Shown here: in pieces, positions 9,722 to 19,372 of the stretch
How positions within the stretch are numbered: the stretch's first letter is position 1
Layout of the letters: each line of letters begins with the position of its first letter
Assembly (NCBI GenBank): GCA_963792415.1
Contig: CAWBVY010000008.1
Span: 32,001-96,000 of the forward strand
Source: Candidatus Deferrimicrobiaceae bacterium
GTDB taxonomy: Bacteria > Desulfobacterota > Deferrimicrobia > Deferrimicrobiales > Deferrimicrobiaceae
Direction of reading: 5' to 3'
Length of the DNA stretch: 64,000 nt
The notes under the pieces: model-generated
What the model was told of the DNA's origin: nothing
Seen by the model: the letters and a program-made list of their open reading frames with translations, nothing else
Databases searched by the model: none
Program-made: the position numbers and the translations under genes

Positions 9722-10558
9722 ATGTTGAGAAAGGTCTCCGTCGGTCTGCTCCTTGCGCTCTCCTTCGCGATCCTTCCCCTGTCGGCCCACGCCGCGGACG
9801 ACACCGTTTACAAGCTTCCTTGGGAGAAGTTCAGCGTCGCGGGCGGCATCTTCTTTGCGGGGTTGAACAACAAGGTGACGGTCGGGACCGAGGGCACCGG
9901 GGTCGCCGTCGACGTGGAACAGGCCCTTGGGCTGGATACGCAGAACACCGTCTTCCGCCTGGGGACGCTGTATCGCATCGACCAGAAACGCCGGCACCGG
10001 GTGGACCTGGACTACCTGTACTTCAACCGGAGTGCCTCCACGACGATCGGGAAGGAAATCGAGGTGGACAACGTCGTCCTCGCCGTAGGCACGAAGGTGG
10101 AGACCACGTTCAACTACCAGATCATCCGGGCCGCGTACAGCTACTCGTTCTTCCAGGACGACCGGATGGACCTTGCGGCCTCCATCGGGCTCTTCGTGAT
10201 GCCCATCAAGTTCGAGATGAGCGCGTCCGGTCTCGGTTCCGGGAAGGGGGATTTCAATTTCACGGCCCCCCTTCCCGTGCTCGGGCTGCGCGGCGACTTC
10301 GCCATCACCCCCCGGTGGATGCTGCGGACCAACATCGATTTCTTCTACCTGGAGTACCAGACGTTCAAGGGGTCGCTCGTGGACTCGAGAATCGCCGTCG
10401 AATACAACCCCTGGGAGCATTTCGGCTTCGGCGTGGGATTGGACAACTTCCGGATGAAATTGGAGGCAAAGGATAAGGATTATCCGGCCATCGATTTCCA
10501 GGGGGACGTCAAGTCCGCGTTCATAGGCGTGCAACTGTACGCGAGGTACTTTTTCTAA
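9722..10558 (+). CDS. Outer-membrane beta-barrel protein of unknown function
   Basis: AGGAGG RBS, signal peptide (AHA), beta-strand pattern, ends LYARYFF. Confidence 0.75.
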   Translation: MLRKVSVGLLLALSFAILPLSAHAADDTVYKLPWEKFSVAGGIFFAGLNNKVTVGTEGTGVAVDVEQALGLDTQNTVFRLGTLYRIDQKRRHRVDLDYLYFNRSASTTIGKEIEVDNVVLAVGTKVETTFNYQIIRAAYSYSFFQDDRMDLAASIGLFVMPIKFEMSASGLGSGKGDFNFTAPLPVLGLRGDFAITPRWMLRTNIDFFYLEYQTFKGSLVDSRIAVEYNPWEHFGFGVGLDNFRMKLEAKDKDYPAIDFQGDVKSAFIGVQLYARYFF

Positions 10559-10593
10559 AAGGGGATTCCCGGATTCCCCGCACCCCTTATCGG

Positions 10594-10626
10594 AACCCCC
10601 TCGAGGCGGTACGCCTCGAGGGGGTT
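10594..10626. terminator. Perfect 15-bp inverted repeat, probable terminator
   Basis: AACCCCCTCGAGGCG-GTA-CGCCTCGAGGGGGTT followed by ATTCTT. Confidence 0.65.
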
Positions 10627-10713
10627 ATTCTTGCCACCCTGACGAGGTACTATTAGGCAACGGTCCGATTCCGATAGGGAAAGACCCCGTCGGGGGGGCA
10701 TGGAGGTGACACG

Positions 10714-12519
10714 GTGACCTGGCGCAGGACCTTCATCATCGCGTTGCTGCTCGGGCTGGTTTCCGCCGCCTCGACCGCGGCCCCGCCGAAGGAAACTCCC
10801 GCGATTTCCACCCCCGCCGCCCCCGCAGCTTCGAAGCCGGCACCCGCCCCCGCTGCCCCCGCACCCACGAAGCCGGCGCCCACCCCAGCGGCTCCCGCGC
10901 CGTCGAAACCGACGCCCGCCCCCGTCGTCCTGAAAGGGAAAACCCTCTTCGACATCCGGGCGGCGGTTTTCTCCGCCACGCCGGAGGAGCGTGCGAGGGG
11001 GATCAACGAACGCCTGGCGAAATTGGTGAAGAACCGGCCGTTTCGCACGGACTTGCTCCGGGTGATCGACGACCAGGGGGTCTCCCTGATCGTTGCGGAG
11101 GGGACGACACTGCTCGGCGTGTTCGACGTGGACGCCGCCGCGGAAGGGATGAACCGCAAGGACCTTGCGGAACAGCGTGTCGAAGCGATCCGCGCGGCGA
11201 TCGAGGCGCACAACGAGGCGTTCAGCTTCCGGAGCCTCCTGATCGGCGCGCTCTACGCGGTCCTGGCGACCGCGGTCCTCCTCGGGATCCTGTTCCTCTA
11301 CCGGTACCTGTTCCCACGGATCTATGCGAAGATCCGGGCCTGGAGCGGGACGCGGATCCGCTCCATCCAGTTCCAGTCCCTGGAGCTCCTGAACGCCGAA
11401 CGGATCGTGGCGCTTTTCATCGGCCTGGTGCGCTGGTTCCGGATTATCACGACAGCTCTCTTCGTCTACTCCTACCTCCTCTTCGTGCTGAGTCTCTTCC
11501 CCTGGACGCACGGGATCGCCGCGGCGATCATCGGGTACATCCTCGACCCGCTCCGGCGCTTCGCGGCGGCCGTCGTGGACTTCCTGCCGGACCTCTTCTT
11601 CCTGATCGTCATCGCTTTCATCACGCGGTACGTCAACAAGCTCGCGCGGTTCTTTTTCAGCGAGGTGGAGAAAGGGAAGATCGTCCTCCCCGGCTTCTAC
11701 GCCGACTGGGCGACGCCCACCTTCAAGATCGTCCGCTTCTTCATCATCGCCTTCGCGGTGACCGTCGCCTTCCCGTTCATCCCGGGCTCCAAGTCGGAAG
11801 CGTTCAAGGGCGTCTCCATCTTCCTCGGGGTCCTCTTCTCCCTCGGCTCCACCTCGACGATCTCGAACGTGATGGCGGGCCTGAGCATCACCTACATGCG
11901 CGCCTTCAAGATCGGCGACCGGGTCCGGATCGGAGACACCGTCGGGGACGTGATCGACCAGTCGCTCCTGGTGACCCACGTCCGGACCATCAAGAACGAG
12001 GACGTCACCGTCCCCAACTCGATGGTGCTGAACACCCACATCGTGAACTACAGCGCCCGGGCGAGGGAGGGGGGGCTCATCCTCCACACCTCGGTCACCA
12101 TCGGGTACGACGCACCCTGGCGGACGGTCCACGAGCTCCTGATCGAGGCGGCGCGGAAGACCCCGTGCATCCTCGTGGAGCCTGCGCCTTTCGTGCTGCA
12201 GACCGCCCTCAACGACTTCTACGTGACGTACGAGCTGAACGCCTACACCGACGAGCCCCGGCAGATGGCGATCACCTACTCGTCGCTCCACCGCTACATC
12301 CAGGACACCTTCAACGAGGCGGGGGTGGAGATCATGTCGCCCCACTACGCGCAGCTCCGGGACGGGAACAGGACCGCGATCCCCGACGCCTACCTCCCGA
12401 AGGAGTACGTGCCGCGGTCCCTTCGGGTGGAGATCGTGCCGGGGGATCGGGGAACGCCGGGAGAGGCGGACGGAGAGCCGGCGGGGAAAGGACCCGAGGG
12501 AGCGGGTCCGTCGAAGTGA
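10714..12519 (+). CDS. MscS-family mechanosensitive channel with periplasmic N-terminal domain
   Basis: TM helices then RAFKIGDRVRIG, VTVPNS, IVNYS, VTIGYD, FNEAGVEIMSPH; GGAGG RBS with GTG start. Confidence 0.9.
   Translation: MTWRRTFIIALLLGLVSAASTAAPPKETPAISTPAAPAASKPAPAPAAPAPTKPAPTPAAPAPSKPTPAPVVLKGKTLFDIRAAVFSATPEERARGINERLAKLVKNRPFRTDLLRVIDDQGVSLIVAEGTTLLGVFDVDAAAEGMNRKDLAEQRVEAIRAAIEAHNEAFSFRSLLIGALYAVLATAVLLGILFLYRYLFPRIYAKIRAWSGTRIRSIQFQSLELLNAERIVALFIGLVRWFRIITTALFVYSYLLFVLSLFPWTHGIAAAIIGYILDPLRRFAAAVVDFLPDLFFLIVIAFITRYVNKLARFFFSEVEKGKIVLPGFYADWATPTFKIVRFFIIAFAVTVAFPFIPGSKSEAFKGVSIFLGVLFSLGSTSTISNVMAGLSITYMRAFKIGDRVRIGDTVGDVIDQSLLVTHVRTIKNEDVTVPNSMVLNTHIVNYSARAREGGLILHTSVTIGYDAPWRTVHELLIEAARKTPCILVEPAPFVLQTALNDFYVTYELNAYTDEPRQMAITYSSLHRYIQDTFNEAGVEIMSPHYAQLRDGNRTAIPDAYLPKEYVPRSLRVEIVPGDRGTPGEADGEPAGKGPEGAGPSK
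10813..10920 (+). repeat. 3 x 36-bp degenerate tandem repeat encoding a Pro/Ala linker
   Basis: PAAPAASKPAPA / PAAPAPTKPAPT / PAAPAPSKPTPA. Confidence 0.8.
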
Positions 12520-12529
12520 CCCGCGGGAG

Positions 12530-13858
12530 ATGGGAGCGGAGTTGATGGACATCCGGGAGCGTATCCGGGCGCGCAGTCGAGCCGTGAGGTTGGCCCTTAT
12601 CGCCGCGGGTGCGGTCGCCCTCGCCGCCCTCATCTGGGCGATTTTGCTCCTGAACCCGGTGCCGCCGCGCACGGTGACGATGACCACGGGGGGGGAGGGC
12701 GGCGCCTATCACGAGCTCGGGAAGCGGTATCGGGAGATCCTTGCGCGCTCCGGCGTGGAGGTGCGGCTTCTTGTATCGGAGGGGGGAATCGAGAACCTCC
12801 GGCGGCTCTCCGACCCCCGATCGGGCGTCAGCGCGGGGTTCGTGCAGGGGGGCGCCACCGGGGATGCCGACCGGACGGACCTCGTTTCGCTGGGAACCGT
12901 CGCGTACGAGCCGCTCTGGTTCTTCTACCGCGGCCGGAACCCCGGAAGGAAGCTGGAGGGATTGCGCGGCAGGCGCCTCTCGATCGGCCCGGAGGGGAGC
13001 GGCACGAGGGACCTGGCGGTTACGCTGCTCGCGGCAAACGGGATCGACCGGGGCGTGGTGCAGCTTCTCCCCCTGAGCGCGTTCGACGCCGGGGAGCAGC
13101 TCCTGAGCGGACGGATCGACGCCGCCCTGATGGTCGCAGGGTGGGAATCCCCCGTCGTGCGGCGGCTGCTCGCCTCGAAAGACGTCGACCTCGTGAGTTT
13201 CCCCCGCGCCGACGCCTATACGGCGCTGTACCCGTTCCTCAACAAGGTGACGGTTCCCGCCGGTGTCGGGGACCTGGCAAGCAACCGGCCGCCCGCGGAC
13301 GCGGTCCTCCTCGCCCCCAAGACCAGCCTGGTGGTGCGGAAGGATCTGCACCACGCGATCCAGTACCTCCTGCTCGACGCGGCGGTGCAGATCCATTCCG
13401 GGGCGGGGATCTTCCGGAAGGCGGGGCAGTTCCCGGCCGCCGAGCCGGGCGATCTTCCGTTGAGCGATACGGCGCAGCAGTTCCACAAGACCGGGAGGCC
13501 CTTCCTCCAGCGCTATCTCCCCTTCTGGGCCGCCATGTTCCTGTGGGGGCTGATCCTCCTGCTGATCCCCGTGGTCGGGGCGTTCTACCCGATCTTCCGG
13601 ATCGCCCCGGCCTTGTACGGCTGGGGGATGCGGCGGCGCATTTTCCGGCTGTACGGGGAGCTGAAGTTCCTCGAAGGGGATCTGGAACGGCGCGATTCCG
13701 GGGAAGAGGCGGGTGACCTCATGGAGCAGCTGGAACGGCTGGACGTCCGTGCGAACCAGCTCCAGGTCCCGTTGGCCTACGAGAACCTGCTGTACAACCT
13801 GCGGCGCGACATCCAGCTGGTGCGGGAACGGCTTGCGGTGCGGCGGGCGGGTCCCTAG
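12530..13858 (+). CDS. TAXI-family TRAP solute-binding protein with N- and C-terminal TM segments
   Basis: TGGEGGAY, GFVQGG, YEPLWFFYR, IGPEGSGT; C-terminal hydrophobic helix plus helical tail. Confidence 0.82.
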   Translation: MGAELMDIRERIRARSRAVRLALIAAGAVALAALIWAILLLNPVPPRTVTMTTGGEGGAYHELGKRYREILARSGVEVRLLVSEGGIENLRRLSDPRSGVSAGFVQGGATGDADRTDLVSLGTVAYEPLWFFYRGRNPGRKLEGLRGRRLSIGPEGSGTRDLAVTLLAANGIDRGVVQLLPLSAFDAGEQLLSGRIDAALMVAGWESPVVRRLLASKDVDLVSFPRADAYTALYPFLNKVTVPAGVGDLASNRPPADAVLLAPKTSLVVRKDLHHAIQYLLLDAAVQIHSGAGIFRKAGQFPAAEPGDLPLSDTAQQFHKTGRPFLQRYLPFWAAMFLWGLILLLIPVVGAFYPIFRIAPALYGWGMRRRIFRLYGELKFLEGDLERRDSGEEAGDLMEQLERLDVRANQLQVPLAYENLLYNLRRDIQLVRERLAVRRAGP

Positions 13859-16800
13859 GGCGAGAGGATGTGGACCGGAGCCTTCAACGTCCTTTCGACG
13901 ATCCCCAGGAGTCCCTCCCCCACGGCGGCCGGATCCAGCGGCGTCACCTTCGGGTCGTTGATATCCCCCCGGACGGCGACCGGGATCGTCACCAGCGTCC
14001 CGCCGAGGATGTAGCCGAGGACCGGGATCTTCCGGACGACGGCGTCCACCGTCCCGAACGGCGAAACCAGCACCTTCAGGTCCTCTTCCCGACGGAGGAA
14101 GTCCACCTCGCCGGTTGCCGCGATCCCCATCGACGGCGCGTCCATCGTCAATTCCCCCAGGAGGAACTTCCCGTCTTTCGCCTCCCCCCGGACGACGAGG
14201 GTCCTGTAAGGGAATCCCTCCTTCCCGAGGTCGGGGAGCTTTCCCCGGAGGAGTTCGGTGACGTTCAGGTAGGAGAAGACCCTCGAGAGGAAGGTCATCT
14301 TGTTGATCCGGCCGTCCTTCAACGTCAGTTCCCCCGGACCCCGGAGGGATCGCAGCAGCGCCTCGCCCGTCCCTTTCCCTGCGAGCCGGACCGACGCGCC
14401 GTACGTCCCGGTCAAGGAAACCTTCTTTCCGGACAGGCACATCATCGTCGCCTCGACGTCTTCGCCGGCGGCCGAAACGGCCAGTTCGATCGCCGGGCCG
14501 GTGGCATCCAGCGTCAGGGTGCCCAGCGTGGAGACCCCGCAAAGGTTCGCCTCGGAGAGGGCGAAGCGGAGCCGGTCTTCCCCGATCTCCGCCTCCGCCC
14601 GGACCGGCCGCCACGTGAGGCTGCCGTGCGACAAGGAGGCCGCGCGGAACCGGAGGACGCCCTGGACCGGGAGGCGTGGCGATCCGGGGGGTTTCGCCGT
14701 TCCTTCCTGCAGCGACTCCGCCACCCCGGGTGCGCCGGCTTCCGGTTTCCCGGAGCCTTCCGGCCGGATGCTGCGCGCCAGTTTGTCGACGTCGATGTCC
14801 CCCGCGGAGAGGTCGAGGTCCGCGACGACCTTCTCGCCACCGAATTCCGCCGTCCCGATCAACGAGAACGGGACGTTGTCCCACGCAAGATCGGACGATG
14901 CCACGCGGACTTTTCTTCCTTCCGCGGAAAATGAAACGTGCCGGATCGCGAGGGGGGCCAGCGGCTTCCACGGGATGGCGAGATCATCCACCTCGAGCGT
15001 CCCAAGGGCCGAGGACCGCTCGGGATTTCCGCGGTCAAGGACCGCTTCCATCTCTCCCTGGATCCGTTGGCCGGACCGCACTTGGACCGGCACGACCTTC
15101 CCGACCGTCGAACTCGAGAGCGTGCCGGTGAACTTCACTTTCGCCGTTCCCGGTTCGAGGTGGAAGGCTACTTTCGCGTCCGACGCCTCGTCCCGAATCA
15201 CGAGCGGGTCGACCGACAGCGTCTCCGGGGTCTTCCGGAGGGAGAGCGAGATGTCCGGTCCCTCTGGCCACGCGAGCGTCGCATCCACGACGACGGCGCC
15301 GCCCTTTTCCCAGGAGAACGTTGACCCGGTCACGGTGAAGGGCGCCTTGGGAGCGTACGGATGCGGGACCTCGATGCTTGCGAATGCCCACTTCGCCGCC
15401 TCCGCTTCGACGCGCCCGTGGAGAGACGCGGCGACCTGGTCGACCCCCTTCCTGTGCCCGCGCACCTGCACCCCTCCCCGGAATGTCGTGTCCAGGAGGG
15501 ACGCCTCGACGTCCGTGAAGGAGAGCTCTTCCGGGAGGATGCGGAATCGACCGCGCGGGATCGTGACGGGGCCGGGCAGCAGGCTGGTATCCACTTCCAG
15601 GTTCTCGACGCTCCCCCCGGCCTCGAACCTCCACGCCCCGGGTTCGCGCAATGGCCCGTCGCAGGACAGCGTCGCGATTTCCGCCACCCCCTGAACCGAT
15701 CGAACCGGCTTCACCGCATTCCGGATCCCGTCGAGCGATGCGATCCAGGGGTATACCTCCTCCAGCGCGATGCGCGCCGTGCCGCCGCGGATGGAGATCG
15801 CCGGGGGGTTCCCGAGGTCCAGCCGGCCGGTCAGCCCGGAGAACGTGGACCCGCCCAGGTTTCCCCGGAGATCCGTCACCGCGAAGGAAACGCCGTCGTA
15901 GGAGGCTTTTCCCCCGCGGATCGCGATGGGGAAGGGGATCGGGTCGTACTTCCCGGCGAGGTCCACGCTCGCGAGGGCCACCGTGGGTCGGATCGAAGAG
16001 AGGCGCTCCCCGAGGGTCAGGCGTCCGGATGCGGTGCCGCGCACTCCGTGGACCCGGTCGATCTCCTCGCGGAACCGCTCGTTCCGGACCAGCCGGCGGA
16101 GAAGCGGCTGCAATTCCGCGAGGTCGGCGTCCGCCGGGAGATCCGCGTGGAACGGCGCGTCGCGCCCCGTGATCCCCATCCGGAGCGTCCCCTCGCGAAC
16201 GCGGGAGTTCCCGAGGCGGGCCGACAGCCCCTGGCCGGTGAGGATCCCGCCGGAGAGGGACACCTCCCCGCCGACGTCGACCAGCGTCAAGTCGATCTTC
16301 GGCACCGTGAACGTGCTGCCGGCCACGGTCGCCCGGGCCTCAAGCTTCCGGAGCCCTTCCGTTTCGATTCTTCCGCGGAGGGAAACGACCGTTTCGCGGA
16401 GCCAGGGGACGGCTCCCGGTGCGATCCGGGAGACGAAATCGCGGACGCGGAACCTCGCCGTCTCCACATGGGTGTCCCCGCGAAGACCCTCCGGGTGCAG
16501 GCTCGACTCGATCGAAAGGTCCTCCCAAAACCCGGACGTGCAGCGGAGCTGAAGCGTCATCCGTTCCGGCGGGAAGCCGACCCGGGCATTCAGCTCGCGC
16601 AGGGACACGATCGGCCCGTCCCCGTCCGAGATTTCGAGGCGCCCGTTCCGCACCGTTACGACCATTGCGGGCGCGCTCCTTCGCAGGGTGTCGAGGAGGG
16701 AAGAGAGGTTCCCCTCGAACTCCTCCAGGGAGAACGCTTTTTCGGGCTTCGCCCTCGGGGGGATGCGCACCCGGAAGTCCGGGGCTTCCAGCAGGATGGC

Positions 16801-17118
16801 GCCGTTGCGAACGGTGCCGCGGAGCAGGGGGATCAGCTCCAGGTCGACCTGGAGGGTCGCGACCGTTCCGGCCGCCAGGCCGGGTACGTCGATGGAGGCG
16901 CCGCGGACCACTACCCGCGGCCGGGGGAAGAGGGTGACCTCGGCCCGGGCGTAAGAGAGGTGAATCCCGGTCCTGCGCTCGAGTTCCGCCGTGGCGAGGT
17001 CACGGACCGCCTTCGTGTTGAGGAGCAGCGGGCCGAGGAGGACCAGCGCGGCGAGGAGGGCCAGCAGAATCCCGGTTCCGGCGAGCAGGAAGGTGGAAAG
17101 GTGCCTGGATCGCGTCAT
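13855..17118 (-). CDS. AsmA-like (YhdP/TamB clan) large periplasmic protein
   Basis: N-terminal membrane anchor (MTRSRHLSTFLLAGTGILL...), long beta-rich body, AsmA-type C-terminus (KIPVLGYILGG, VRGDINDPKV). Start revised to ATG 17118. Confidence 0.8.
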   Translation of the reverse strand: MTRSRHLSTFLLAGTGILLALLAALVLLGPLLLNTKAVRDLATAELERRTGIHLSYARAEVTLFPRPRVVVRGASIDVPGLAAGTVATLQVDLELIPLLRGTVRNGAILLEAPDFRVRIPPRAKPEKAFSLEEFEGNLSSLLDTLRRSAPAMVVTVRNGRLEISDGDGPIVSLRELNARVGFPPERMTLQLRCTSGFWEDLSIESSLHPEGLRGDTHVETARFRVRDFVSRIAPGAVPWLRETVVSLRGRIETEGLRKLEARATVAGSTFTVPKIDLTLVDVGGEVSLSGGILTGQGLSARLGNSRVREGTLRMGITGRDAPFHADLPADADLAELQPLLRRLVRNERFREEIDRVHGVRGTASGRLTLGERLSSIRPTVALASVDLAGKYDPIPFPIAIRGGKASYDGVSFAVTDLRGNLGGSTFSGLTGRLDLGNPPAISIRGGTARIALEEVYPWIASLDGIRNAVKPVRSVQGVAEIATLSCDGPLREPGAWRFEAGGSVENLEVDTSLLPGPVTIPRGRFRILPEELSFTDVEASLLDTTFRGGVQVRGHRKGVDQVAASLHGRVEAEAAKWAFASIEVPHPYAPKAPFTVTGSTFSWEKGGAVVVDATLAWPEGPDISLSLRKTPETLSVDPLVIRDEASDAKVAFHLEPGTAKVKFTGTLSSSTVGKVVPVQVRSGQRIQGEMEAVLDRGNPERSSALGTLEVDDLAIPWKPLAPLAIRHVSFSAEGRKVRVASSDLAWDNVPFSLIGTAEFGGEKVVADLDLSAGDIDVDKLARSIRPEGSGKPEAGAPGVAESLQEGTAKPPGSPRLPVQGVLRFRAASLSHGSLTWRPVRAEAEIGEDRLRFALSEANLCGVSTLGTLTLDATGPAIELAVSAAGEDVEATMMCLSGKKVSLTGTYGASVRLAGKGTGEALLRSLRGPGELTLKDGRINKMTFLSRVFSYLNVTELLRGKLPDLGKEGFPYRTLVVRGEAKDGKFLLGELTMDAPSMGIAATGEVDFLRREEDLKVLVSPFGTVDAVVRKIPVLGYILGGTLVTIPVAVRGDINDPKVTPLDPAAVGEGLLGIVERTLKAPVHILSP

Positions 17119-17128
17119 CGCGGCGGCG

Positions 17129-18295
17129 TCAGAACCAGGAGTTCCCGAAGACGACGTAGGCGGCCCACTGCTCCGGGCCCCGTGCGACGTCGATCCCCAT
17201 GTGGAGGCCGAACTCCCGGGCGGTGAGATAGCGAAAACCCCCGCCGGCGTTCCACACGGTCTCCGCATCCTGCAGGGCGTCGAATCCGTCCGCCGCCTTG
17301 GCGATCCCGGCGAACCCGACAAGGCCCCAGCGCGGCGTGACCATCCACCGTTCCTCCGTTTCGAGCGTCAGCACGTCGGTCCCCTGATACCGCAGCGCCG
17401 GGATCCCCCGCAGCTGAACGAAGGGGAGGGCGTAGAACGGGGCGTCCCCGTCGACGAACTGCCCGTCGGCGCGGAGCCCCGCGACGACGTTCGGCACCAC
17501 CGGCCAATACCCGACGGCCTTGGCGCGCAGCTCCCGGTAGTCGTAGTCCCCGCCGAAGATCCTGTCGAAGACGCCCAGGGACGCCTTCGCGTGGATGCCC
17601 CGGTTGGGCGTAAAGAAATTGTCCCTGCTGTCGTATTCGAGGTACGGGATCAGCCCGCCGATCTTCGAGTTCCCCGTCCACTCCCGGTCGGTGATGCCGG
17701 GGATATTCCTCCCCGGCTCGAACGTGATGTCCGAGGAGACGAATACGTATCGCAGTCCGGCGAAGAAGTCGCTCCCGGGGATCCGTACGCCGATGTCCTG
17801 CAGGAACGGGACCGTCCGGATCTCGACGTCGCGGGAGACGTCGGATGTTTGCGGCAGGGTGCCGTAAAACGTGAGCTGCAGATCCGCGTACCCCAGTCCG
17901 CCGAGGTACCGGATCCGGTCCTCCTTCCAGACCCCGCGGTGGCCGCCGAAGACGCCCCAGCTCCCGTTTTCCGTCGCGAAGCCCCCGACCGCCGTGAGGC
18001 TGGGCGGGACCATGCGGCCCTCCCCGGCGGGCGCCGGGCCCGGCGGGGAATCCCCTTCCTTCCGGTGGAAGAAAACGACCCCTCCCGCCGCCCCGTACCC
18101 CACCGCAGGCTCGGTGATGGGCGCGAGGATCGGGACGAACCCCGTCCGGGTCTTGATGAACCGGCTCACGTCGAAGGCCCCGTCCGCCGGATCGGTGAAA
18201 AGTTCCTTGAAGGAGGTTTCGGCGGCGGCAGAGGTTGTCGACAGGAGAAGAATCGTCGCGGTGAAAACCCCGAGTATCGCGACGCTCCTGCCCAT
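17129..18295 (-). CDS. BamA/TamA (Omp85) family outer-membrane barrel, apparently without POTRA domains
   Basis: PITEPAVGYG, YDSRDNFFTPNRG, LRGIPALRYQG, GGGFRY, ends FGNSWF; about 388 aa from ATG 18295. Confidence 0.82.
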   Translation of the reverse strand: MGRSVAILGVFTATILLLSTTSAAAETSFKELFTDPADGAFDVSRFIKTRTGFVPILAPITEPAVGYGAAGGVVFFHRKEGDSPPGPAPAGEGRMVPPSLTAVGGFATENGSWGVFGGHRGVWKEDRIRYLGGLGYADLQLTFYGTLPQTSDVSRDVEIRTVPFLQDIGVRIPGSDFFAGLRYVFVSSDITFEPGRNIPGITDREWTGNSKIGGLIPYLEYDSRDNFFTPNRGIHAKASLGVFDRIFGGDYDYRELRAKAVGYWPVVPNVVAGLRADGQFVDGDAPFYALPFVQLRGIPALRYQGTDVLTLETEERWMVTPRWGLVGFAGIAKAADGFDALQDAETVWNAGGGFRYLTAREFGLHMGIDVARGPEQWAAYVVFGNSWF

Positions 18296-18468
18296 GTGCC
18301 CGATTATAGCAAGGCCCGCGCCGCGCGGGGGAATCGTGGGGCGGAGCCGCGTGTCGATCCGGCATGGCGTTCCCTCCCCGGGGGTTGATACTGACACCAC
18401 GTGCCTGATCGGCGTGTTCCTGCGCGCAAGGGGCCTTGACCAAGACCCCGGAAGAAGGAGGAATCATC

Positions 18469-19084
18469 ATGATGAGGATCCCATCGAAGGCGTCCGGGAT
18501 GTTTCATGTGCCGGGGATCTTCGTCGTCTGTCCTGCTGCTGGCTGCCGTGGCGTCTCCGCCGCTCGCGTCCGGGGCCGATGACGCGAAGAAGAAGGAGAA
18601 GGCCCGCGCGGACATCAACAAGATGTCGGACGCGACCCTCTCCCGGCTCTACAAGGCGCAGCCGCAGGCCAAAGACCGCCGTCGCGAAAGCGGCGGGGTA
18701 CGCCGTCTTCAGCAACTTCGGCATGAAGATCTTCTTCGCGGGGGGCGGCTCCGGCAAGGGGGTCGCCGTGAACAACGCGACGAAGAAGAGGACGTACATG
18801 AAGATGATCGAGGTCCAGGCCGGGCTGGGGATGGGGATCAAGAAGTTCCGGCTGGTATGGGTGTTCGAGAAGCAGAAGGACCTGGACGCCTTCGTCAACT
18901 CGGGGTGGGAAATCGGCGGGCAGACGAGCGCGGCGGCGCAGGCGAGCGGCCAGGGAGTGGCGTTCGCCGGGGCCATGTCCGATCGCTCCGGGAGTCTGGC
19001 TCTACCAGCTCACCGACGACGGGCTCGCGCTGGAACTGACCGCCAAGGGAACGAAGTATTACAAGGACGAACGACCTGAACTGA
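18469..19084 (+). CDS. Ysc84/SYLF lipid-binding protein, split by about four single-base insertions (probable assembly errors)
   Basis: Pieced across frames: LLLAAVAS...TLSRLYKAQPQAK / AAGYAVFSNFGMKIFFAGGGSGKGVA...MIEVQAGLGMG / APGVWLYQLTDDGLALELTAKGTKYYKD-DLN*; AAGGAGG RBS. Confidence 0.75.
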
Positions 19085-19095
19085 GAAATACGCCA

Positions 19096-19125
19096 TTGTA
19101 TACAACGACGGCATTGTGTACAATG
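19096..19125 (+). promoter_or_regulatory. Sigma-70 promoter of the TA operon overlapped by two operator palindromes
   Basis: TTGTAT-N17-TACAAT; palindromes TTGTATACAA (19096-19105) and CATTGT-GT-ACAATG (19112-19125). Confidence 0.75.
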
Positions 19126-19153
19126 TGATACAAGACAATCGGGAGGTGTCGCC

Positions 19154-19372
19154 ATGAGTGTCGCAATATCGATCCGACTCCCTGACGAATTGGCGGAACA
19201 TCTGAAGGGGATCGCTAAAGAGACGGACCGGCCGAGGTCGTACATCATACAGAAAGCTATAGAGGTTTACCTGGAGGATTACTCCGACCTGCAGGTCGCG
19301 CTTGATCGGCTCCGGGACAAGACCGACGCGGTGATCACCGGCAAAGAGCTGAAGAAATCGCTTGGCATATAA
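19154..19372 (+). CDS. Ribbon-helix-helix antitoxin (RelB/CopG-like)
   Basis: ISIRLPDELAEHLKGIAKETDRPRSYIIQKAI; GGAGG RBS; overlaps the toxin gene. Confidence 0.88.
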   Translation: MSVAISIRLPDELAEHLKGIAKETDRPRSYIIQKAIEVYLEDYSDLQVALDRLRDKTDAVITGKELKKSLGI

